Below, in pieces: positions 37,881 through 48,533 of a stretch of DNA of 64,000 nucleotides. The DNA comes from Chiloscyllium plagiosum. Its lineage: Eukaryota. A program made the position numbers and the translations under genes. The DNA is taken from NCBI RefSeq assembly GCF_004010195.1, contig NC_057728.1, forward strand, positions 49,530,561 to 49,594,560, given 5' to 3'. The notes beneath the pieces were generated by a model. That model saw only the letters and a program-made list of their open reading frames with translations. It did no database searches and was not told the DNA's origin. Numbering within the stretch: position 1 is the first letter of the stretch; every line of letters begins with the position of its first letter.

Positions 37881-39747
37881 TTTGTAATTGATCAGACCCT
37901 TGTATTCCATTACATTATTTTGATATATAAGTAAACTGCTGTTATATCAATACCACATCTTTAACATGGTAAGTACATGGGATGAAACCAGAATAGAGAG
38001 TGCGCTGGAGGTCTGAAGTGCAACCATCACGTGTTGGAGAAACTCCGAGCTTGCAGCATCTGTGGAGAGAGAAACTAGGTTTGGGTTCAGAATTGTAAGC
38101 AAAGTTTCAAAGAAGAGTCAGTGGGACTTGAAACATCAAGTGGAACCTTTCCAGTGACTGAACAATGTGGCTATTCGTGGGGAAGTTGATCAGTGACCAA
38201 TAGCTCATGACACACTGGACAATAACTGCCCCATTCACATATTAGCATCAGACAGATACCACACTCTCAATGTTCTCATGTTACATCCAAGATTCATACA
38301 GTTCTGTATTTCAATACTGCACAGCAGAGCACACCAGCACCTTTCATTGCAATGTTGCTGCAGGACACATTGGGTGCAGAGACAAACATGGATTTGGCCA
38401 AAGTTAGGGTTAGAGGGTCTTCTCATTTTGCATTCTCAGCAATTACTGATCTTGCAACCATTTGGATGTTCATAGTGTCACAACCTTGCCCTAAATTTTT
38501 GCACTTCGCTCTTCAGTTAGAGCTTAAAGGATTTCAGCATTTTTGTATTGACTTGCATTTTAGTGTAGAGATGCAGCCAGGCAGCTTTGTTACAGTTGTC
38601 AGCAATCATCAGTCAGAGGTGGACATGTTCCTCTATGGCATCATGCCACATCCTTCTCTCAGGAGCAAGTGAGGACTGCAGCTGCAGGAATTAAGGGTTT
38701 ATGCCCGAAATGTCGATTCTCCTGCTCCTCAGATGCTGTCTGACCTGCTGTGCTTTTCCAGCACTACGCTTGGCACATGCGAGAGATTGATGTCATGTGC
38801 CAGCAATTTGTGTGCAGCAATCCATTGGCCATGCCTCAAAGTCCAAGGGGTGTAGATCTCCGTCAAGGGGTCCCAGCACATTTACAGGCATAAGGGACTT
38901 GAACCTTATCGGAATCCGTGCTCTACCCTCTGAGAGGATGAGGACTCAAATGTTGGTCATCCCAGTGCACATTGTGGCTTTTACTGCCATTTTGTGTGCC
39001 TTTTTCTCCTGGATTGAGTAAGGGAGGGGTTGAGTGAGATGAATGTGGTTGGTATAGCTGTAAGTGAGAGTAGGAGGAAATATGGTAAGGTGTCCCGAGG
39101 TAGTGACTAGGCAATGCAGAGGGCACACAAGGTTAGTTAGTGTGGGGGGAATTGGGTGGCTTACAGGAGTGAGAGGAAAATGTTGCATTTGGTAATGTGT
39201 ATGCGACAGTGATGGATAATGAGCCTTACAATATGGATACAATGGAAGAGTGTGAAACAATGAAGTACCCCAGAGTGAATGGTGGCTCTTGGCCTTGTGG
39301 AATGCTAAAGGTCATTGATTGTGATATATTTTGGCACATTCCTTTTGAACTGTGGAAACCGCACTGACATGAGAAGCAACCTTGGACCAGGGCGAATCCT
39401 CTAATGGCCTGGTCTCCACTGACAGCCCTGAGATAAGACGACAATCTCCCATTATGCGGTCCCTGAGGGCAAAGCAGGGACCCAATTTTCTTCTGTCTGA
39501 CCCAGCTTGGGGAAATTTCTCCATCGATGTAGGGCAGTTTCAGACTGACAGCACTTGACTGAGTGCTCAGCTGGGCTTCAATAATAGCACAGGTGCCTGG
39601 AGATTATAGCAATGGCAAGTGCTTGTGGCGAGAGGGAGGATATGACCAGTAGGGCACCCTAGAAACATGGTGCATCTGCACTGAGGTGAGTTCAAGGCAG
39701 AAGTAATTCATACCAGGTTTCATTACAGACACGACAGTTATTTTCCA

Positions 39748-41417
39748 GTTAATAATAAACTCAGTCAGGTGAACCTCCTAAATAAGTTCCCTGATTGGGG
39801 CTGTTAATCTGGTCTGATCAAGGAGCCCTAGCTGACAGATATAAACTGTAGTGTGAGATTCTGTTCACTGAGTTAGCTCTGAGGGAGCTCCACATGTAAA
39901 TAAAGGGTGACTGGTGATGGGATACCAGCCTCCGCAGAGTTAATTCAGTGGTGACGAGAGGAAAGCACTCCCCTGAAGAAATTCACTTGCAACAGTCATC
40001 TTTTGAGTCAGGGTAAGCGTTGCTTGCATCATGCTGTTATTTAGGAAGCTTAACTTATTTGACCTTGCTATCATCAGGCTGATTGAAGGGCTTTTGCCCG
40101 AAATGTCGATTTTCCTGCTCCTCGGATGCTGCCTGACCTGTGCTTTTCCAGCACCACTCTGATCTAAACTCAGGACTGCAGATGCTGGAAACCACACTTT
40201 TGCCTATTGATTTAGAGTATCAACTCCAAGCCACCTCTAAAATCTGAGATGCTGTTGTTTTACTTGGCAATTTGAGAACCAGCAGATCCGTGTCAGGATT
40301 TTTGACTAAGTTAAGACGATTGGCAGAGGTAATGGACTTTAAGGGTTAAATCAATGAGATGTTGAGGCACCAGTTTGTATGTGGGATTAATGATGTAACT
40401 ATGCAAATGCACCCTCCAGCTGAAGCCCAACTGAACATCGAGCAGGAACTACAACTAGTTTTATCATTGAGAAAACATGGCAAAGGTATGGGTTGCAGTG
40501 TATTCTGATGGAAGTGGGCACCCTCGCCAGTCTGAGCATGGGGAACATCATTCGAGTGTAGGCAATTTCATAGCATCACTCAGGACATATTCTGAAATGA
40601 GAGACTCGAGGTTGGCCCATAGCAAAACCCTAAAATGAGCCTTGGCCAAACGGTTATTTTTTCTTCTGGATCTGAGCCTGCAAGCCATTGTAGCTGCTGT
40701 CAGTTTGCAGACTCAACTAAGAGTCCCACTAGAACTAAATTGAGTAACAGAACTCTGGCTGGTATTCAGGATAGTGCACACCCTGGAAAATCTATCTACA
40801 TCTGGTTTGGAACAGCTAAATTGCTTAGCAACATCCAAAACACAAAAAAATCAACATCCGGTTAAATAGTCACCCAGTTCTAATGGATGTCTATACCAGT
40901 GTGGCTGTTTTAGTAACCGCAGAACCAATCTTTAGCAAAATTCACTCCAGTCCTGAAGTTTGTGCAATACCTTAGCTTGACTGAGAACCTATACCATGGA
41001 ACCTTTATAGATTAAAGGTAAAACTTCAGTTCCAGTCTCTTCCAAGAAGCAGCTTGCTCAGTTACCACTGAAGAGGAGAATGAATTTATTCTGAGATGCT
41101 CCAGACTCAAACTGTATGTTACATAACCAAGGCAGGATGAGAAATCTGACCTGCTGCTAAAACCCCCAAGGAGGAGCTACAAGAAAAAGAACTGGCCTGT
41201 GTCCTTCAACTCCAAGGGGAAGAGATGTGATTGTACTGAGGTCAGCCAGATGGACCTCCAGAATTTGAGTTCCCTGATTGGACTAGATTAACAGCCCCAA
41301 TCAGGGAGCCCTGGTAAACAGAAAACCTGAAAGTTGGGCATCCGAACAATGAGAGTTGACTCTAATGGAAAGTCCTTGACTCGGTGACAGGATACTGGCC
41401 TCAGTGGAGTTATTTCA
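39748..41417 (+). mobile_element. Internally deleted Ty3/Gypsy LTR retrotransposon
   Basis: 5' LTR ending ...ttCA (39947); PBS-like TGGTGACGAG (39949-39958); gag relic (FLTKLRRLAE...NEMLRHQFVCGINDVTMQ); protease relic (LNSHPVLMDVYTSVAV); purine tract aaggggaagaga; 3' LTR TG...CA (41226-41417); no RT/RNaseH seen. Confidence 0.8.
40072..40195. mobile_element. Penelope-like mini-element with hammerhead-like core, nested in the Gypsy gag relic
   Basis: ctgattga-a-gggc-tttt-gccc-gaaa-tgtc, then ctcctcggatgctgcctgacctgtgcttttccagca as in the 16640-16778 and 38690-38765 copies. Confidence 0.7.
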
Positions 41418-42419
41418 GTAAAGTCACTTGAACAGATGACTGAGAAACGAAAGGATTATTAAACTACTATTATGTGACTTAAACTATATACCTTCAAAAC
41501 CTTAAATACACACATTCATTTGCAAAAAAATATAAAAGACACACTGACAAATATTACGGGTGGAAAAATATTGAAGAACAAAATTCTGAAGATCAAAAGT
41601 CTAGATAATAAAGTTGGGCTAAAGTGTGTTTGTGTTCTTTTTAATTTTACCAGTGATGCTAAAGATTGTCCATAAAGTGACAGACACTTGTAAAATGTCA
41701 ATAGTTGAGGTGGACCAAGGTGTTTGTATTAAAATTAGAATTTGTGTTAGAATCTGAGACTTTCAATTTTCTGGTGCTGGGGCTTTGCACTTATTGGTGC
41801 TCTTTGAGTCCCAGAGATGCTTAGACAAACTGCAGCCAGACCATTCAAGTCAGATAGTCTTTCTTTATTGCAAAGACTCCTGCTGTCACTCAGCCTCAAA
41901 GTATCATCTTGCTTTCAAAAGGTTGAAATTGTATTACACAGTTAAAATGTGCACACTCTATTTCCCTAAGCTGCAAAATTCACCTGGTATTTCAGCTATA
42001 TACTGTTGCAGTATTTAACCTCCATTACAGTCCATGGTTCACAAAGGAAATGTGGATGTCTGCACTCGAGAAGTATAATGCCGGAAGAGAACTAATGCAT
42101 CACCTCTTTCTAACGGTATAAAATATGTCCAGGAATCCATGAACCAGTCAGTCAGTTTAACCGCGATTATAAGAAAAATGATGAGATGCCTACTAAATGA
42201 GAGAGTACAAAAATATCTAGAAACCAACAATATAATAGTGAATAAGCAGTAAACATTTCAAAAGGGAAAATCATACTTGATCAACTTTGTTGAAGCTTAA
42301 AAGTTTACAAAAAGAGTAGACCAGGATAATTAGATGTAAACATCTAGATTTTTAAAAGGCTTTTGATAAGGCCCCTTGTAATGGACGAATCAATAAGTTT
42401 AAAACTAAGTTGGTATAGA

Positions 42420-42920
42420 ACTTGAGTATTGTTGGGGAAAAAAAGACATTTTGTTTGTTTTAACCTTGTATTCATCAAGACACTTCATTAGAAATACCAA
42501 GGGGGAAACAATTTTTTTGCTATTCTAAGGATACCAATTAAGATAATCACAAGTATGCTATGCTGCAAGCCTGTGTACTGGAACCTGCTACTCTCAATGC
42601 AGATTCTCTGCAGACAATGTACACACCTGTTTCAACTTAAAACCGATAACAGCCATCCTCTGCTTCATTTCTCATGACAATACCTTAACCAATCAGAGTT
42701 GATCTGCCTTGGTTAACTGCCACACTTGTTTAAATGTAAATGTCAGTCAGTGTGTAACTGATATATTGTCCACATCTATGCTTCCATCAGAATTCTCTTG
42801 CCAACCAATCAGCATTCTATTATGCAGTATGTAATAAAAAAATGTTTTTCCTTTAGTTTGGCACTTCTTGCACATCATCCTGATGGGTGCAAGATAAAAC
42901 AAAAGCAAAATTGTTTTTCT
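42420..42920. mobile_element. About 500-bp element with inverted termini, each carrying a decayed hammerhead-like motif
   Basis: Left end (reverse complement) ttggtatttctaatgaagtgtcttgatgaatacaagg...aatgtctttt resembles right end tttggcacttcttgcacatcatcctgatgggtgcaagat and the copies at 6135-6200 and 8530-8600. Confidence 0.6.
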
Positions 42921-43444
42921 TCAAAGTTTAAAGTTAAAGAAGCTAGAAGCAAGGGACAAGGAACTGGATAGCTCACTGGCTTCAAGAGAAAGAAAACAAT
43001 TTAATTTGCTGAGTAGAAAACCCACTTTTGCTCTCCATAGATTAATAGAACTTTGTGATGGGTCAATTTGGAGAAGTTTTGTCTCAAAATGAGTTGAAGT
43101 AATTATTAAGGAGAAGGTTTTGAGGGTGACAGAATCAGAAAATTGTTTCTTTTTAGGAAGACAGATTGGGGTCAACACTATCAGTTGAAGTAGAGTTTTT
43201 GCAGTGGGAGCATACACCGTGAATTGAGGCAAGGACAGCTTATGCCTGATTAGAGAGGAAAAATCACAAGTGTCATGAATGTGAACCAGTGAGTTCTAAA
43301 AGTCTGGATTTTCAGTGTTTCTATCGTGTAAAAGCAGAATGAGAGGGATGGCCATAATAAAGTAATCGTACATAGACTCTGGATCTGATGAACAAATTAG
43401 TTTTTCCTTGCCCTCTAGGTTTTTCTGTTCTCTCCGCAATCTGG

Positions 43445-43525
43445 TTACATGTGACTGAAGGCAAGGTTGTCGTTTCCAGTAACTCTGTTTTGGCAGGGTA
43501 TTGACTCCATAACCTCAATTCCGTC
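43445..43525 (-). CDS. SLC5A8: SLC5A8 last coding exon: DGIEVMESIPCQNRVTGNDNLAFSHM*
   Basis: Acceptor gttttttAG, phase 0; GNDNLAFSH matches the GxDNPAFxH motif of SMCT C-termini; TAA at 43447-43445. Confidence 0.8.
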   Translation of the reverse strand, partial: DGIEVMESIPCQNRVTGNDNLAFSHM

Positions 43526-44385
43526 CTAAAAAACATTGAGAACCAAATGATTAAACCCAATGTCCATAAATCTGCTCATCACGGTTATGAACTAGAAAAT
43601 TGAAGACCAACCAAATAGAATCCAATAAAGAACATTATTTTTGTTTTTGATTTGTCTGCATTGCTGGCAATTTATTGAGCATTCCTAATTACCGTGAAGA
43701 GGATGATAATGAGCTACTGCCTTGAACCATTACAGTCCATGCGGTATAGGTAGAATGTCAGGTTAGAGTTTCAGAATTTTGACAGTGAATGAACAATGAA
43801 TATAGTTCCAAGTAGGGATGGTGTGTGACTTAGAGGAACATGAAGGTGTTGGTACCTACACATGCCTCTACCACCCTTATCATTGTAAGTGGTAGAAGTC
43901 ACTGTGTCTAAGAAACATGTGACGCTTGGCAACAAGTGTCCAAAGTTATGGATCAGGATGGCTTGTGTCAAATCACAAGAAATGTAGGTAAGTGTTTGAT
44001 TCAACATCCTTGGTCTCTTGATCTTGATCAATCTCAGTAACCCTGCGCAGACAGTGTCCGATTCTGTAAATTGTTCTAATTGACCTGGTACCTGCATGAA
44101 TTCAATATTTCAGCTCGATTGCTATCAATTGGCAGGTTGGTAAGGCACAAAAAGTGATAGAGTACAAAAATTAGTTTGCTGCAATGGTTTTCATTCTTCA
44201 TCGCATTGAAAATCCTGACTTCAGTCCTAACCACCATTTATCAGGGAAACACTAATGTAATTGCAAAAACTGTAACAAAAATAACTTGTTTTGAGTTGTC
44301 TTATTCCCACTCTCCTTTCTTCATGCTGTTTTTTTAATGTAAACAAAAGTCAACATACATATTCCTTGTATTGGTTTGATCTACA

Positions 44386-44560
44386 AGTTGTGAAAACAAA
44401 AAATGCTGGCGATCACAGCAGGTCAGGCAGTATCCATGGAGGGAAAGCAAGCTAGTGTTGAATCTAGATGACTCTTCTGATAAATGAGATGCTGCCTGAT
44501 CTACTGTGATTCAGCACAGATTTCAACATCAGTAATTTGCTCCTACCTGCTCAGTTGTGA
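44386..44560. mobile_element. Palindromic Penelope-like mini-element with 8-bp target-site duplication
   Basis: agttgtga at 44386-44393 and 44553-44560; arms atcacagcaggtcaggcagtatc / gatgctgcctgatctactgtgat. Confidence 0.65.
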
Positions 44561-44696
44561 TTTGCAGTTTCAAGAATGGAAACTTTGAGCCAATGCAATG
44601 CAAGACTGACCGAGAAATATGCAGGAGTAGGTATGTTGCACAGGACATCATGTGAAATGCATATTCAAGGAAACTTCATGAATGAGTGTTACTTAC

Positions 44697-44779
44697 ACCC
44701 CTGGAAGACGTGGGACAGTCGCAAAACAGATCTGTCCAGTTCAGCAGTAAGTCAGTGTCAATTTGAGATTTTCTCCCTC
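44697..44779 (-). CDS. SLC5A8: SLC5A8 coding exon: GRKSQIDTDLLLNWTDLFCDCPTSSRG
   Basis: Acceptor ttttgacAG, donor GGT|GTAAGT; phase 1-0; resembles GGRKQNLDP of mammalian SMCT1. Confidence 0.85.
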
Positions 44780-44801
44780 CTGTCAAAATATATTTTTTTA
44801 A

Positions 44802-45106
44802 GATTAGATTACTTACAGTGTGGAAACAGGCCCTTCGGCCCAACAAGTCCACACCAACCCTCCGAAGAGCAACCCACCCAGACCCATTCCCCCCTTCACC
44901 TAACACTATGGGCAATTTAGCATGGCCAATTCATCTAACCTGCACATCTTTGGACTGTGGGATGAAACCGGAGCACCCAGAGGAAACCCACGCAGACACG
45001 GGGAGGAAGTGCAAACTCCACACAGACAGTTGCACAAGGCAGGAATTGAATCCAGGTCTCTGGTACTGTGAGGCAGTAGTGCTAACCACTGTGCCACCCT
45101 GCTGCC
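44802..45106 (-). mobile_element. HE1-type V-SINE, full length, abutting an SLC5A8 acceptor
   Basis: gattagattacttacagtgtggaaacaggcccttcggcc...gctaaccactgtgccaccctgctgcc. Confidence 0.93.
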
Positions 45107-46799
45107 ATATTTATGAATGTTATGAAATGATCACAGAAAAAACCTGCTTCAGAAACTAAAGGCAGCCATACTTCATTAAGCACAGCCACTAAGTTTTTGT
45201 GTAATGTATGCCATGTGGGACTGTGTGTACTAATATTTGTCTCAGAATTGCACTTGAATCTGAACTGATTGTTGAACAATTGTTATTTATATAGCACCAT
45301 TTATCTAATGGAACATCCCAAAGATAAAGTGTACTTTATCTGTCAAAATTTAACTTAGAGCCAAATGGGACTTTGAGTTTTGAGAGGAGTCTCTTAAGTT
45401 TATTTTAATTCTGAATTGATATAGGTTAGTATTGCTGGGAAAATCCAACACATTTGTCAGTTTTATCCTGAACTAACTTAAGATGGAATCTAACATTGAT
45501 GTGTTTCTAATACCAAAAAATTGGGACCCCTACCCATCAGCTACTGTGATTTTTGATAGCAATATGCAATGCTGTACTTGTGAACTTATGGACAGAACAT
45601 TTCAAAATGGAGCTTAATAGGACAGGTCAAATGAAGAAACTCCATCTGGACACCAAGAATAGATCAGACCATAGCAGTATTCACTTGCTTAGACAACTGG
45701 GATTCTTTGTCTAAACACCCATGTTAGATCAACTTAGCAATTTCCTCTTGAGACTTACAAATGTCAAAGATTTATACTTCTGAATATAAACTCGTGTGCT
45801 CTGAGCATAATATGAAAAGGCTGTTGTTTGATGTGCTGTCTTCTAGATAACCAGCTAAACTAAAACCACACCTGTCTCTTCAACTGAATGTTAGTAATAC
45901 AGTAATAGTCTGAGGAGAGTCCCTTTAAAACATTAATTAGTTGCAAAGTGCATAAAAACCTTTATCAAAGTTGTTCATCGAAAATCTCTATAGATAGAAA
46001 TTCTCACAGCTGTCTAGTTGCAGTTGCAAGGTCTGAGGGACATGAGTGCTGTGGTGAAGCAAAGCTTGTTCTCCTTAGAATGGCAAAGGATAAGAGGTGG
46101 TGGCGAAGAATAAGAGGTGATGTTCAAAATCATGAATGAATTATTTTGATAGAACACATGAGAGAGAATTGTTTCAAGTGGTGGAAAGATCTGAAACTGA
46201 GGGATGTGGACTTGAAGTGTTTGACAAAAGAACCAGAGGTAATATTATGTGAAACTTTAGAAATAAGAGCTGGAGTATACCATTCAGCTCTCTGGTCTGC
46301 TTGGCATTCAGTGATCATGGCGGACCTAACATAACTTCACTTTCCCAAAGAATCATGAAATCCCTTCACTTAGCATCCAAAAATTAATTGACTGTGTCTT
46401 GACTACACTAACTGAGCAAACACAATTCTACAGGGTAGAGAATTCTAAATTTGAATGAAGACTTTTCGCTTCACATCTGTCCTAAATGTCCGATGCCTTA
46501 TTCCAAGACTGAGACCCTGTGTTCTAGATATCCCAGTCTGGAGTAAATAAAAACATTGCCTTAACACAGTGAGTTATGATCTAATAATAGTGATTTGATA
46601 ATAATGTTTCAAACCGAAACAGATTCAATAATAACCAACTTTCGAAGCAGAATTGGATAAAGAATTAAAGGTGAAAGAAAGCGAGTCCATGAGGAACAGC
46701 AAACGAGAGGAATTAACTGGATAACCGAATAAAACAGCTTAATGGTCTCATTCTGTGCTCTAAGAGTCAATGATCTATGGGAAAGTTAAACATATATAC

Positions 46800-46903
46800 C
46801 TGTGAGTAAGCTGACGATTAGACCAACGATAATAACGATTAAAATTGCAAAGGTGCTTAAGTACAAGTAGGATAAAGAATACAAGGACATCACTGCTTCA
46901 GCT
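46800..46903 (-). CDS. SLC5A8: SLC5A8 coding exon: AEAVMSLYSLSYLYLSTFAILIVIIVGLIVSLLT(G)
   Basis: Acceptor tttcacAG, donor G|GTATAT; 104 nt; YSLSYLY motif and last TM helix; absent from the ORF track. Confidence 0.92.
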
Positions 46904-47314
46904 CTGTGAAATGAAAGGATTTCTCATTAAAATGTAACCTCATCATCAAGCAACCCTTATTGTGCAGTCTGGCTTTAAAGCCAAATAAGTGTTTTCTATT
47001 TTAAAGTCTTCTCTGTTTTTCACCTTCCTTATATTTTTGCAATCAACGGGTGAGAAACTTGCTTCCAGGTGATGTCATAATTACAATGGGTGTTACTGAG
47101 TATTCCAACATGGCAGCCTTGGTATCCCCTCTTATTTTAAACATCCCTGATAGGGGATTCCCATTGAGAACACACCCTTATCCCCTCCATTCCACACCAG
47201 TAACGGCATTGGGATCAGAAAAAATAAATCTAAACAAAGATTCATGAGCATCAAATCAGTATACACAACATCTGTGAAATGATATGAAGCTTTGGGACTG
47301 CACCACTCCCCATC

Positions 47315-47634
47315 TAGATTAAATTCCCAACAGTGTGGAAACAGGCCCTTTGACCCAACCAGTCCACACCAACCCTCCAAAGAGTAACCCTCCCAGACCC
47401 ATTTCCCCTCTTACTAATGCCCCTAACACTATGGACAATTTAGCATAGCCAATTCACCTGACCTGCACATTTTTGGACTGTGGGAGGAAACCAGAGCACC
47501 CAGAGGAAACCCACGCAGACACGGGGAGAATGTACAAACTCCACACAGACAGACAGTCACCCGAGGCTGGAATCAAACCTGGGACCCTGGTACTGTGAGG
47601 CAGCAGTGCTAGCCGCTGAGTGGCCGTGCCACCC
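47315..47634 (-). mobile_element. HE1-type V-SINE, full length (followed by a plus-strand L2-tailed SINE fragment 47635-47820)
   Basis: Same head, V-domain and tail as the 24823 and 44802 copies. Confidence 0.92.
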
Positions 47635-48330
47635 ACAAGATGGAAATCTGCCTTCCTTATGCTGTCTGGCCTACATGTGACTCCAGCTCCACAGGAATGT
47701 GGTTTACTTTTAACTACCCTCAGAACAAACCACTGCCGTCAAGAGCAATTAGGAAAGGGCAACAAATGCTGGCCTTTGCCAGTGACTTCTACATCCCATT
47801 AAAGGACAATGAAAAGAAATTCTTAAACAGTGCACCCTCTGATTGGAGGGAGCTCCTTGCATTCTTCCATGGATCTGACCAATAGTATCAGAAGGATAGT
47901 TATAAGAGTAAACATGCATTTTGACATTTTGTTTTCCATATATGTAAAGAAGGGGTAAAGACCTCAATGAAACTTTCTTGCTAAATTAGGTATCACAGAG
48001 CACAACAGTGGATGTGCCTACTCTAAGAGATGACCATCATTGATAGGTATGTTTTGGTTTTGTCCCCATTGGTTTCTCACTGTTGTCCTATTGGAGGTTT
48101 GGAACAGTGTCAGTCTTATAGGTGTAATAATTTCTAAATTAGCATGACAAGCATCAGCAATCTGAGCTATCCTGGAATGGATAGGTATAGAGGTCTAATA
48201 TTTGTTCAGGTGGCTCGTCCTTAACAATACCACAATGACGTCCATTTAGTCGACAAGAGTTTAGATACATTTCCAGTGAACCAGATGGCTTTACCTTATC
48301 CTTGAGTTTCCATCTATAGTTTTTACAGAC

Positions 48331-48533
48331 CTGTCTTTCCTGGATGTTTCAGAAAGAGTTGTCAGAAGGATAGTGGTCTCCCATGATGTCTCATTTCTTG
48401 ACTGGCTGACATTACATCCACTAACGCTGAGGTTCAAAGGCATTGTTACCTCAGGGGGTGGTGGCCAGATCTGAGCTCCAATTCCAATCCATAAAGTAAA
48501 TGCAAATCCAGAGATGAGTCCCACAATTCCACC
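48331..48533 (-). CDS. SLC5A8: SLC5A8 coding exon: GGIVGLISGFAFTLWIGIGAQIWPPPPEVTMPLNLSVSGCNVSQSRNETSWETTILLTTLSETSRKD(R); an alternative in-frame donor would extend it to 48295
   Basis: Acceptor actgtAG; donor AG|GTCTGT (203 nt) or AG|GTAAAG (239 nt), both phase 2; N-glycosylation sequons in the extracellular loop. Confidence 0.85.

Noticed and set aside
38230..39520. Possible Harbinger/HARBI1 transposase relic on the minus strand (GCFS, NISQS, TMNIQMV-like patches)
   Set aside because: Patches are short, frame-broken and partly out of the expected order; cannot be supported without a translated profile search
41864..41869. Minus-strand AATAAA as the SLC5A8 poly(A) signal
   Set aside because: One of several chance hexamers in AT-rich DNA; cannot be assigned without 3'-end data
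43771..44097. 108-aa minus ORF as candidate SLC5A8 last exon (also 43321-43560 and 42921-43232)
   Set aside because: No SMCT-like motif, and the first runs into an L2-like repeat; the exon at 43525-43445 carries the DNxAF motif in a different frame
44818..45159. Recurrent ORFs resembling each other (also 24842, 47480, 12594, 3464)
   Set aside because: Translations of HE1 SINE copies, not a gene family
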